Positions 17,926 to 27,026 of a stretch of DNA of 44,129 bases are shown one piece after another. Made by a program: the position numbers and the translations under genes. How positions within the stretch are numbered: the stretch's first letter is position 1; each line of letters starts with the position of its first letter. Under the pieces are notes generated by a model. The model made no database searches and was not told the DNA's origin. It saw only the letters and a program-made list of their open reading frames with translations. Source of the DNA: Candidatus Nomurabacteria bacterium (GTDB taxonomy: Bacteria > Patescibacteriota > Saccharimonadia > Saccharimonadales > CAIOMD01); the NCBI GenBank assembly GCA_020631975.1, contig JACKGO010000001.1:197409-241537 (forward strand), written 5' to 3'.

Positions 17926-18807
17926 ATGGAAACTGAAAGAAATTATTTTCGAGTAAATTTACTGCCCGAAGATGTCACTTCTTTAAATAGTCTCATAAAA
18001 ATGGTCTGCACAGCAAAAAAACATCCTTACAAATACAGGCATATAAAAATTGATGTCCCGGGTAATTTTGGAATGGTTGATACAAGTCAGATTACAATGT
18101 ACGGTAGCGGTTATAGTAGTAGAGATATTACATTATTAGATGCAGGGAAAGATGATGACTCGGCAGACAGTGGCTTGATGAGCTGTATGCTAGAATCTCA
18201 TAGAAAAAGCGGTCATGACGCTATTATCGATTACGACTGGAAAAATAAAGAGGCAAAATTAATTCCTGAGTCCGAGCCTTGGCATTACGGCATGGGTGAA
18301 TGTCTTGTCGAGAGATATTTTGATAGGCGCTATCATGATGCTGTTAAATATATGAATGACTCTACGGCGAATCAGATTGAAGATCTTGTTGGTGAACAAG
18401 ACGAGAAATTATCTCCTTTTGATATAATTACAAGACTAATCCAGCACGATAACGCAGCTGTTACTGTAGAACAGTTTTTTAGCGCAGATTATACTGGTGA
18501 GCGTTTGAGCCATCACGAACCAAAAACGCATAATCAGGCTCAACTTCGTTTAATTGAATATCTTAAAGGCACAAAAGCCCTAAGCACAAACTTTAAATTG
18601 GGTATATTTACTTTATTAGCTGTGGCTGACAATGAAGACGCAGTTGATCTTGCGTATGTTTTATCTGCTAATTATGATAGCCAGCACGATGAAGTGCATG
18701 ACTTGACTTTCGAGGCTAGTATTCAAGCGCCTCTAGCAATAACCAGAATCCCAAGAATTAGCCCTTTCTGGGAATTTGGTGATGCAATTGCAAAAATTGG
18801 CTATTAA
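17926..18807 (+). CDS. Hypothetical protein (293 aa)
   Basis: TGaTATAGT (17910-17918) lies 7 nt before the ATG. Acidic soluble protein, no family recognised. Confidence 0.55.
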   Translation: METERNYFRVNLLPEDVTSLNSLIKMVCTAKKHPYKYRHIKIDVPGNFGMVDTSQITMYGSGYSSRDITLLDAGKDDDSADSGLMSCMLESHRKSGHDAIIDYDWKNKEAKLIPESEPWHYGMGECLVERYFDRRYHDAVKYMNDSTANQIEDLVGEQDEKLSPFDIITRLIQHDNAAVTVEQFFSADYTGERLSHHEPKTHNQAQLRLIEYLKGTKALSTNFKLGIFTLLAVADNEDAVDLAYVLSANYDSQHDEVHDLTFEASIQAPLAITRIPRISPFWEFGDAIAKIGY

Positions 18808-18812
18808 ATTCA

Positions 18813-20702
18813 TTACATAAGTATGGCTTTTATACGGCGAACACCGGCAGAACTTGCTTGTTCTTTGGTGATTTTAAACACTTTACCATCATCTGCTAAT
18901 TTGCCGGTATGCGTCACGTGTGGGCCACCGCAAATTTCGCGTGAGTAATTATCGCCATCTGGGTCACCAACAGTATAGACCTTTACCGTTTTGCCGTATT
19001 TATCACCAAATGCACCCATCACACCATTCGCAAGTGCTTCTTTGGTTGATTCTTCGCGCCATGACATTGGCCAATCTTTTTTGATTTGTTCGTTCACGAT
19101 TGCTTCTATTTGTGTAATTTGTTCTGGAGTTACTTTTTGATCGTGGCTAAAGTCAAAACGTAAACGTTCGGCAGTGATATTGCTACCACGTTGCACTACG
19201 TGGTCACCCAACACAATACGCAAAGCCTTATACATGAGGTGTGTGGCTGTGTGGTATTTTGTTGTAATTTCTGAGTGGTCAGCCAAACCACCTTTAAAGA
19301 CACCTTTCGCAGCAGTTTGGCTACGAGCTTTTTGTTCTGCCATAAATCTATCAAATTCTTCTGTGGCATCAAGCGCAACCGCGACATCTTGCTTAAAAGC
19401 TTCTTCTTTGGTGAGTTCTACCGGAAAGCCATATGTGTCGTATAGCTTGAATATAATCGCACCTGTTAATAAGCCACCGCTCGTTAGTTTGCCGAATTCT
19501 CTTACCCCACTGCGGAGCGTTTGGCGGAATACCTTTTCTTCACGTGCTAACACTGCAATTATTTGTTCGCGATTTTGGGCGACTTCTGGGTAATCGTCGT
19601 GGTATAAATCGGCAATGGTTGGTACAACTTGCTCTAAAAAGTTTTGCTCTATGCCAAGTTCGAAGGCGTAGCGGATGGCTCTACGCAAAAAACGGCGTAT
19701 CACGTAGCCTTGAGTTTTATTGCTTGGCACTACCCCGTCTACTGCTAAAAAGGTTGCCGCACGTAAGTGATCAGCAATCACGCGCATGGCGGTACTGTGT
19801 TGTTCGTACTTTTTGCCACTTAGCTGTTCTAGCTTTTGTATAATTGGCCACAGCAAACTTATTTTAAACATATCTCCGCTGCCTTCAGAAGCAGCAGCCA
19901 CTCGCTCTAAACCACCACCAAAATCTACGTTAGCTTTTGGTAGTTCGCTAAAACTGCCATCGTCATTTTTGATGTACTGCATAAATACAGAGTTACCAAT
20001 TTCCATAAACCTACCACAATCGCAATTAGGATGGCAGTGCTCACCATACGACGTGTCATGTTGTATGTGGCTAAATTCATAAAATACTTCGCTGTCTGGG
20101 CCCCCCGGCTCACCGGCAGGCATGTTTGCAGGTACACCAGCCCGGCTCCACCAGTTCTTTTTTGCATCATAGTAAAAGATTCTTTCATTTTGTTTTATGC
20201 CGCGCTTGTAACCGTCTTCTTCAGAACCAATATCTGCAATATTTGCCGTAATATCTTTACTTTTAAATAGTTCTACCCACAGCTCGGCCGATTCTGAATC
20301 TTTTGGAACACCTGCTGCGCTGTCGCCTATAAACGCTGTAACGTACAGTTTATTTGGGTCTAGGCCAACAATATCTACTAAAAATGCAAAATACCAGGTG
20401 AGTTGGTCTTGCTTAAAGTAATCACCAAAGCTCCAGTTGCCGAGCATTTCAAAAAATGTAGTGTGGCGGTTATCGCCGACTTCTTCTATGTCTTCTGATC
20501 TAAAACATGGTTGGCTATCGACGACTCTGGTACCACTAGGATGTTGCTCGCCAAGTAAGTATGGTAGTAATGGCTGCATCCCACTCCCTGTAAACAGAGT
20601 GGTTGGGTCATTTTGTGGTACTAAACTTGCCCGTGGAATTATGGTGTGTCCATTTTGCTTGGCATACTCTAAGTAGGCTTTTCTAATGTGTTGTGCTGTC
20701 AT
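18813..20702 (-). CDS. alaS: Alanine--tRNA ligase, short form lacking the C-Ala domain
   Basis: N-terminal AlaRS motifs (LVPQNDPTLLFTGSGMQP, FEMLGNWSFGDYFK). Editing-domain Zn site HTATHLMYKAL...CGGPHV. Ends at 629 aa, shortly after the editing domain. Confidence 0.92.
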   Translation of the reverse strand: MTAQHIRKAYLEYAKQNGHTIIPRASLVPQNDPTTLFTGSGMQPLLPYLLGEQHPSGTRVVDSQPCFRSEDIEEVGDNRHTTFFEMLGNWSFGDYFKQDQLTWYFAFLVDIVGLDPNKLYVTAFIGDSAAGVPKDSESAELWVELFKSKDITANIADIGSEEDGYKRGIKQNERIFYYDAKKNWWSRAGVPANMPAGEPGGPDSEVFYEFSHIQHDTSYGEHCHPNCDCGRFMEIGNSVFMQYIKNDDGSFSELPKANVDFGGGLERVAAASEGSGDMFKISLLWPIIQKLEQLSGKKYEQHSTAMRVIADHLRAATFLAVDGVVPSNKTQGYVIRRFLRRAIRYAFELGIEQNFLEQVVPTIADLYHDDYPEVAQNREQIIAVLAREEKVFRQTLRSGVREFGKLTSGGLLTGAIIFKLYDTYGFPVELTKEEAFKQDVAVALDATEEFDRFMAEQKARSQTAAKGVFKGGLADHSEITTKYHTATHLMYKALRIVLGDHVVQRGSNITAERLRFDFSHDQKVTPEQITQIEAIVNEQIKKDWPMSWREESTKEALANGVMGAFGDKYGKTVKVYTVGDPDGDNYSREICGGPHVTHTGKLADDGKVFKITKEQASSAGVRRIKAILM

Positions 20703-20846
20703 ATTACCTATTATTTTACAGAGGTTCTAAGGCATATACAAGCCGTTGTTAAAAGCCATATTTGCAGACGTAGAGTTAGTATTTAACTGTAACTATTCTA
20801 TTAAAGCGATAAAATATAACGTTCGCAGGTTTAGTTTAATAATATG

Positions 20847-21286
20847 AAAAACCCCGCTGGTAGGGATTGGTCCTTATGAAAGGACACGTTCCTGCTAGCG
20901 GGGTGTTGCACTCTGGAACCACAGAGGCATGGGCTTATTTAGTGTCTTAAGCTTGACGTAAGTGAGTGTGGGGAGGGATGAATTTGACCTTTTAGGTCGT
21001 GAGCTTTAGGCATTAGCTCATTCATCCCTCCCTTTTGTGAGCGGGCGCCTAACCCCGGTCTCAGTACGCACCTTTTTATGGGTGCTTGTAGGGTGAAGTC
21101 GTTGTTACTTAATTGACGCCAGCCGCGTCACTTCACCCTTGCTGGTCTACCCCTCGCTATTACGAGGGGTTACTTTAGGAGAACCGTTTGTACACTACAC
21201 GTTCGTAGTGGGCGTCCAGCAGCGCCTTAGTATCCCCTGCTGGTTGTACTACTTATTTTACCTTTAAGGCTGCTGCCTCTTGGGTA
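20847..21286 (-). ncRNA. Unclassified, highly structured G+C-rich RNA locus (strand provisional; could also be an alaS leader)
   Basis: No ORF. At least ten perfect helices of 5-13 bp (coordinates in the findings). A near-consensus promoter and a hairpin plus U5 are both on the - strand. No RNase P, tmRNA, SRP or T-box hallmark strings found by eye. Confidence 0.45.
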
Positions 21287-21292
21287 TTTATA

Positions 21293-21321
21293 ATAATAGC
21301 ACAAAATTAGTATAAAGTCAA
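21293..21321 (-). promoter_or_regulatory. Near-consensus sigma-70 promoter driving the structured RNA locus
   Basis: On the - strand: TTGACT (21321-21316), 17-nt spacer, TGc (21301-21299), TATTAT (21298-21293). Confidence 0.55.
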
Positions 21322-21343
21322 CAAATATGTACGGGGTATGCTG

Positions 21344-21841
21344 CTAGGTAACGTGGGGTTGGTTTTGCTTTGGGAGGTAGAATGTTACTACATACCACAG
21401 TAGCGCACCAATAAGCAGGTACGCAAATGTAGACGCTACAGCTGGGTCGCTATGTTTGGTATCTACTGCAGCGGCGTAATCTACAGCAGTAAATGGTTTT
21501 TCTGCTGGTATTTGATCTGTAGGTAAGCCTGTAGCTTTACTCGCAACCTGATGTTCGTATGGCAATTTAACAGAAACATTAATGGGTAGCGAGTAAATGC
21601 TTGTATCCACGCCAAATGTCATATGTTCTGTGGTGGTGGCAAGGCTAAAATAACCCTGTTGCTGGCTAATAACGGGGCGTGGTTTGATAGGCCCGTCATG
21701 TGTGGGTTGTGTGAATGCCCCTCCCGATGCGTGTACAGAGCTGCTGATAGTAATGAGCATAAAAATTAACAGACCAATAAATACACTAATAATTCCAATC
21801 TTGGTGATTTGTACGTTCTTATTGGTATATAACGATGTCAT
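21344..21841 (-). CDS. Membrane-anchored hypothetical protein (165 aa)
   Basis: N-terminal TM/signal anchor, ~95-aa external domain and a C-terminal TM helix (FAYLLIGALLWYVVTFYL). Confidence 0.55.
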   Translation of the reverse strand: MTSLYTNKNVQITKIGIISVFIGLLIFMLITISSSVHASGGAFTQPTHDGPIKPRPVISQQQGYFSLATTTEHMTFGVDTSIYSLPINVSVKLPYEHQVASKATGLPTDQIPAEKPFTAVDYAAAVDTKHSDPAVASTFAYLLIGALLWYVVTFYLPKQNQPHVT

Positions 21842-21969
21842 GATACGTTAGCCACTATGTGAATTTTCGTTTAATTACTTGATAGTTGTTATTATGCGCT
21901 CTTTAGCTTATTCGTCAATATTTACTGATACAGATGAAATAGCTTGGTAATTGGCGTACAATAAAGATA

Positions 21970-23697
21970 ATGTTCGAAAAACTAACAGTCACCCTACCAA
22001 TACATGCTGTATTACAAACATATAAACGTGCGTATATACGGCGTGATGTAATTGCTGGAGCAACAGTAGCAGCAGTGGCCGTGCCACAAGCCATGGCGTA
22101 TGCACAGTTAGCTGGTGTTAATTTAACAGCTGGTTTATACGCAGCCATGGTAGCAATGGTGGTGTATGCAATTATGAGTTCATCGCGCTACGTAATTATG
22201 GGTCCAGATGCGGCCATGGCAGCACTCGCTGGGGCAGCCGTTATACCACTTTCTGGTGGCGATGCTAACAGAGCTGTCGCGCTGGTTGCAATATTGTCGT
22301 TCTTTATTGGCTTAGTAAGCATTATTAGTGTGATTGCACGCATTGGTTTTGTGGCTGAGTTTTTGTCACGGCCAATACTATTAGGTTACATGGCAGGTCT
22401 GGCACTTGTAGTTATTGCCACGCAGTTACCAAAAGTATTTGGCATACCAGCACCGGTAAATACCAACTTTTTAGGTTCGATTGTGTATTTGTTTACGAAT
22501 ATCTCACAAACGCACATCCTGACACTTGCACTCGGCGGGGTTACCTTGGCGATAGCTCTATTACTTATGAAAGGCTTTAAGCGCCTACCTGTCAGCTTGC
22601 TGATACTGATTATTGGTACTTTTTGTTCATGGGCATTTGATTTTGCGAGCAATGGCGTTGCTATCGTTGGTAGTATTCCTATTGGCTTACCTGTACCCGA
22701 CCTGCCGTCTATTGAGTTATATGATTTGCAAAACCTAATTATACCAGCAATGGCGATGATGTTGATTGCCTACGCCAATACTATTGCAACCGCGCGGTCG
22801 TTTGCATCTAGGAAAAAAGAAACAGTGAGTTCTGACCAAGAACTACTCGGGCTTGGGCTTTCTAATGCAGCGTCTGGCATTTACGGTGGTATACCAGTGT
22901 CTGCAAGTGGTGTACGCACAGCAGTAAACTATACAAGCCGTGCTAAAACGCAAGTTTCGCAACTGTTTGGTGCGCTATTTATTGGTGTGGTACTTGCGGT
23001 GTTATCACCAATGTTACAGTATTTGCCTATAACAATGCTGGCGGTCATTATAATTTTGGCGGTATTGCCTTTGTTTAACGTAAAAGAGTTACGTTCTATT
23101 TGGCATGCATGGCGTAGTGAAGCAGTAGTCGCTGTAGTAACAATGCTTGGAGTTGCCACGTTAGGTATTTACCAAGGCTTACTATTGGCAGTGATGCTTG
23201 CAATACTTAATACATTGCGCAAAAGTGCCTTCCCTAACGATGCAATTCTTGGTGTTGCAGATGACGGATCGGTCCGCGATATGCACCGCCCACCCAAGAC
23301 ACATGAAGTGCCAGGGCTTAAAATGTATCGTTTTGATGCACCTCTATATTTTGGCAATGCCACGTATTTTCGGCACCGGGTACTGCAAATTGTAGATGAA
23401 TCTAAAGAGCCTATTCACTGGTTTTTATGGGATGCAGAAACAATAACTGCTATAGATTCTACGTCTGGGCAAATGCTTCTAGGGCTCATAGACGAGCTAA
23501 AATCACGTAAAGTAACCTTTGCGGTTGCGAGGATGAAAGGGTCTATAAGAACAATTGTGCATCGTTCGCACCGCCTAAGTAGCACGCTACAGCATTCACC
23601 ACACTATACATCTATTGGCAACGCTATAGAGGCATACCGGCAAGAATACAATGTGCCACGTGCGTACGATGTAAAATCAGAAGATAAATCAACCTGA
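21970..23697 (+). CDS. SulP-family anion transporter with C-terminal STAS domain
   Basis: RRDVIAGATVAAVAVPQAMAYAQLAG signature, ~11 TM helices, and a STAS-like C-terminus (LKMYRFDAPLYFGNATYF...LWDAETITAIDSTS). Confidence 0.9.
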   Translation: MFEKLTVTLPIHAVLQTYKRAYIRRDVIAGATVAAVAVPQAMAYAQLAGVNLTAGLYAAMVAMVVYAIMSSSRYVIMGPDAAMAALAGAAVIPLSGGDANRAVALVAILSFFIGLVSIISVIARIGFVAEFLSRPILLGYMAGLALVVIATQLPKVFGIPAPVNTNFLGSIVYLFTNISQTHILTLALGGVTLAIALLLMKGFKRLPVSLLILIIGTFCSWAFDFASNGVAIVGSIPIGLPVPDLPSIELYDLQNLIIPAMAMMLIAYANTIATARSFASRKKETVSSDQELLGLGLSNAASGIYGGIPVSASGVRTAVNYTSRAKTQVSQLFGALFIGVVLAVLSPMLQYLPITMLAVIIILAVLPLFNVKELRSIWHAWRSEAVVAVVTMLGVATLGIYQGLLLAVMLAILNTLRKSAFPNDAILGVADDGSVRDMHRPPKTHEVPGLKMYRFDAPLYFGNATYFRHRVLQIVDESKEPIHWFLWDAETITAIDSTSGQMLLGLIDELKSRKVTFAVARMKGSIRTIVHRSHRLSSTLQHSPHYTSIGNAIEAYRQEYNVPRAYDVKSEDKST

Positions 23698-23738
23698 TAT
23701 TACCGTATGAGTCTAAAGAGTTGCTATACTGTAGCTAA

Positions 23739-25205
23739 ATGCAAACAGAAATAGCCTCATTGTTAACGCTTATTGCCGTCTTAATTATTGATATTGGCGT
23801 CAGAGTTTTTGCCCTTGGTGTGATTCCTAATAACAGAAAGCCATCAGAAGCAACGGCATGGTTACTGGCGGTCTTTTTCTTCCCGCTTCTTGGCATACTT
23901 ATATTTCTTGTTTTTGGCCATAGTAAATTGTCTAAAAAAAGACGCGCCAAGCAGCTTTCTATTAATAACCTCATTTATAAAAATACACTAAATAAAGTAG
24001 CAATTGCAGAAGAAAACTCACCACCAAACTGGTTTATGTCTATAGCGACGCTTAATTCAAACCTAGGAGCTATGCCACTTGTCGGTGGCAATGACGTTGG
24101 TTTAATACAAAATTACAAACAGTCTCTTAAAGACATGGTCACAGCAATAGATGCTGCGAAAAAATATGTACATGTAGAGTTTTATATTATGTCGGTAGAT
24201 AACACTACGAAAGATTTTTTTGATAGTTTACGGCGTGCTCAAGAACGCGGCGTAGTAGTACGGGTTATGTTTGACCACATAGGCTCATTGCAGTACCCAG
24301 GCTACAAAGACATGCTGTCGTTTTTTGACCAACATGACATTAATTACCAGCTGATGTTGCCCATTAAACCACTGCAAGGTAAGGTGCAGCGGCCAGACTT
24401 ACGCAATCACCGTAAAATTCTTGTAGTTGATGGTGTGGTGGGCTTTATGGGCTCGCAGAATATTATTGATAGCAGTTACAACAAAAAGAAGAATATTAAA
24501 CGTGGGCTTCATTGGTTAGAACTGATGGTACGTGTGGTTGGCCCTGTGGTGTATGAACTTGACGCTATTTTTGCAGGAGATTGGTATGCCGAAACAGATG
24601 AACTGCTTAAAACGCACATTGTTTCTATAGGTAACCCGGTTGTAGATAAAGGTAATATAGACTGCCAAGTAGTGCCAAGTGGCCCTGGTTTTGAAGGCGA
24701 AAATAACTTAAAACTATTTACATCACTTATTTATGCAGCCCAACAAAAAATTATTATTGCCAGCCCGTACTTTGTACCAGATGAATCAATGCTCACTGCT
24801 ATTACAACAGCTGTGCAGCGTGGCATACATGTAGAACTGTATGTATCTGAAATTGGCGATCAACTAATGGTGTATCATGCGCAACGTTCTTACTACGAAG
24901 CGTTATTAAAAGCTGGTGTACACATATATATGTATAAATCGCCTACCGTATTGCACGCCAAGCATTTTACGGTAGATGATGCGGTAAGTGTGCTTGGCTC
25001 TAGTAATATGGATATGCGTTCATTTAATTTAAATATGGAAATATCGCTGCTTATTTATAGTAAAGAATTTGTGCAAGCCATGCGACGCGTAGAAACATCA
25101 TATAAGATTAAAAGTCGTCAACTGCACCTTGATGCATGGCTGCATCGGCCACTCCGGGATAAGTTTGTAGATAATGTTGCCCGTCTTACGTCATCGTTAC
25201 AGTAA
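23739..25205 (+). CDS. cls: Cardiolipin synthase (PLD superfamily)
   Basis: Two N-terminal TM helices and two HKD motifs (HRKILVVDGVVGFMGSQNI and HAKHFTVDDAVSVLGSSNMD). Confidence 0.9.
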   Translation: MQTEIASLLTLIAVLIIDIGVRVFALGVIPNNRKPSEATAWLLAVFFFPLLGILIFLVFGHSKLSKKRRAKQLSINNLIYKNTLNKVAIAEENSPPNWFMSIATLNSNLGAMPLVGGNDVGLIQNYKQSLKDMVTAIDAAKKYVHVEFYIMSVDNTTKDFFDSLRRAQERGVVVRVMFDHIGSLQYPGYKDMLSFFDQHDINYQLMLPIKPLQGKVQRPDLRNHRKILVVDGVVGFMGSQNIIDSSYNKKKNIKRGLHWLELMVRVVGPVVYELDAIFAGDWYAETDELLKTHIVSIGNPVVDKGNIDCQVVPSGPGFEGENNLKLFTSLIYAAQQKIIIASPYFVPDESMLTAITTAVQRGIHVELYVSEIGDQLMVYHAQRSYYEALLKAGVHIYMYKSPTVLHAKHFTVDDAVSVLGSSNMDMRSFNLNMEISLLIYSKEFVQAMRRVETSYKIKSRQLHLDAWLHRPLRDKFVDNVARLTSSLQ

Positions 25206-25276
25206 GTATTACGTATACTTACACACGCTCTATAGCTTGAGAATATGCTTAGAACTACGTATAGTACCAGAGTACT

Positions 25277-25657
25277 ATGATAGCAGTATCAGACCAAGAA
25301 TTTGAAGCATACGTCACTCAGTCTATAGACAGGCTTCCCTCCCCATACAAAGAAAACATTAAAAATATTGCTTTTTTTGTGACAGACGAACCAACAATGC
25401 AGCAACGCAAGCGCTTAGGGTTGCGTCCGTGCCAATCTTTATACGGCCTTTACGAAGGCGTTCCATTACCAGCCAGGAATGGTAATGATAGTAATTTACT
25501 GCCAGATACAATTACTATTTTTAAAATCCCACACGAACAGCACGCCAACAGCGAGCAAGAATTACGCCTGCAAATAGCCAACACAGTGTGGCACGAGGTA
25601 GCACATTATTTTGGGCTAGATCACGCGCGGATACATGAACTAGAAAATAAACTATGA
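25277..25657 (+). CDS. Small zincin-like metallopeptidase-family protein (DUF1025-like)
   Basis: C-terminal HEVAHYFG (HExxH) in a ~126-aa protein; this layout is typical of the minimal zincin family. Confidence 0.65.
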   Translation: MIAVSDQEFEAYVTQSIDRLPSPYKENIKNIAFFVTDEPTMQQRKRLGLRPCQSLYGLYEGVPLPARNGNDSNLLPDTITIFKIPHEQHANSEQELRLQIANTVWHEVAHYFGLDHARIHELENKL

Positions 25658-26151
25658 ACAATAAGCCAATCTTTTTGCACCATTATGGCGATATACGCGA
25701 AACTATATTTCAAACGATTGAAACGCTATTTAGGCAGTATAACCATGTACACGTTGCACCAAATTCTGGGTACAGTTTTGTATTAGCACATACACACCAC
25801 GATACAACAGCCTTAGAACTATGTTCTATTGGCTTAGTAAGGCTACCGACTGGCGTGTTAATTGAAACTGCTTTTCCAAACCAACCAAAAGTGCATAATC
25901 GCGTGTGGATGATAGACGCTAATTTTGGTCAGATAACCTATATAGAAATTACCAATCCAGACTTACGACACAGCAAAGAGCTATTGTTTGGTGATCCAGA
26001 TAATAATGCCTTAGAACTCCATGCTATGCCAAGCGATTTACGTTTGTTACAAACTATTCTTACAACTGCCCTCAGTGCCATAAAAAGTACAAAATACATA
26101 GGGGTATCACAACCTATGAATATGCAGTATATGCCACTACTCACCCAATAA
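25654..26151 (+). CDS. Hypothetical protein (165 aa), translationally coupled to the metallopeptidase gene
   Basis: ATGA overlap at 25654-25657. No family recognised. Confidence 0.55.
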   Translation: MNNKPIFLHHYGDIRETIFQTIETLFRQYNHVHVAPNSGYSFVLAHTHHDTTALELCSIGLVRLPTGVLIETAFPNQPKVHNRVWMIDANFGQITYIEITNPDLRHSKELLFGDPDNNALELHAMPSDLRLLQTILTTALSAIKSTKYIGVSQPMNMQYMPLLTQ

Positions 26152-26179
26152 TTGCAAGTACTGTACTGTACGGTAAGCA

Positions 26180-26223
26180 GACGCTACAGGTGGTGTATAT
26201 GCGCTACCTGTAGCGTCGGTTTA
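26180..26223 (+). terminator. Hairpin terminator
   Basis: GACGCTACAGGT (26180-26191) pairs perfectly with ACCTGTAGCGTC (26205-26216), followed by GGTTT. The U tract is weak. Confidence 0.45.
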
Positions 26224-26316
26224 CGTATTGTGAATACTATAATTAGATACTCAGCATTACTTAAGTTTTATAGAGTGTACTAGTAGGTGCCAAGCAAAAG
26301 CGAAAGGAGCTACTAT

Positions 26317-26913
26317 ATGGCACTATCAAGCAAAATGAAAGGCAGTTTACTAGCTGCGGGGGCGATTTCTGCTGTAGCAGTGGGCGCAGGGTCTGTTGCA
26401 TCAGCCCAAGGTGGCCCAGATGGAACGCTCGTAGATAAAATTGCAACCAAATTTAACCTTAATAAAGATGAGGTTCAGGCAGTGGTTGATGAAAATCGTG
26501 CAGAGCACAAGGCAGAACGTGCTGCAGAGGTATCGCAGAATCTGCAGACGGCAGTAGAACAAGGTAAAATAACTGCTGAGCAAAAGACACTCTTAGAAAG
26601 TAAAATGAAGGAGAACCAGACAGCCCGCGAAGCCGAAATGACGGCATTGCAAGAATGGGCACAATCGAACAATATTGATATGCGCTATGTAATGGGTGGC
26701 GGTCGTCACGGTGCTAACCTTGAAAGTGCTGTAAAGAGTGGCACTATAACAAGTGAACAGAAAACGCTTATTGAGCAGAAACGCGAAGAGCTGGAAAAAG
26801 CTCGTGATACAAAGCGAGATGCTATGCAACAGTGGGCGAAAGACAATAACATCGACACACAATATATGCGAATGGGTGGCTCTGGTGGACACAAGGGTGG
26901 GCCTAGAGAGTAA
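26317..26913 (+). CDS. Secreted protein with an internal duplication carrying (I/L)TxxQ motifs (CpxP/Spy-like?)
   Basis: AAAGGAG SD precedes the ATG at 26317. Signal peptide MALSSKMKGSLLAAGAISAVAVGAGSVASA|QG. Two ~50-aa repeats: ITAEQKTLLESK...LQEWAQSNNIDMRYVMGGG and ITSEQKTLIEQK...MQQWAKDNNIDTQYMRMGG. Confidence 0.65.
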   Translation: MALSSKMKGSLLAAGAISAVAVGAGSVASAQGGPDGTLVDKIATKFNLNKDEVQAVVDENRAEHKAERAAEVSQNLQTAVEQGKITAEQKTLLESKMKENQTAREAEMTALQEWAQSNNIDMRYVMGGGRHGANLESAVKSGTITSEQKTLIEQKREELEKARDTKRDAMQQWAKDNNIDTQYMRMGGSGGHKGGPRE

Positions 26914-27026
26914 CGTATATACTACATAGCCGTAACCACTATATACACCGCTCTATCTTAGGGGCGGTGTATGTTAATAAATCGTAAAATCAGCTAATAT
27001 TCAGTTAATTGATTACAATAGTATAT

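Noticed and set aside
19174-20676. Multiple 63-139-aa ORFs on both strands within alaS
   Set aside because: They are shadow or alternate frames inside a full-length, motif-complete AlaRS gene.
20703-21343. Interpretation of the structured locus as RNase P RNA, tmRNA, SRP RNA, a T-box leader or a TPP riboswitch
   Set aside because: Isolated look-alike strings occur. On the - strand these are AAGGGUGAAG, AGUGCAACA and GGUGC..CUGAGA; on the + strand, ACAGAGGCAUGGGCUUAU. They are on different strands or in the wrong order, and the diagnostic cores (GGAAAGUCC P4, tRNA-like ends and tag ORF, GGAA-capped domain IV, GGGUGGUACCGCG, ACCUGAUC) are absent. These identities were rejected by eye only, so a covariance-model search is still required.
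21915-22148. 77-aa - strand ORF overlapping the SulP start
   Set aside because: It is Ala/Thr/Cys-rich and antisense to the conserved SulP N-terminal signature.
26401-26894. Cluster of 60-99-aa ORFs, all on the - strand
   Set aside because: They are shadow frames of the repeat-containing secreted protein gene, with Cys/Phe/Ser/Leu-rich nonsense composition.
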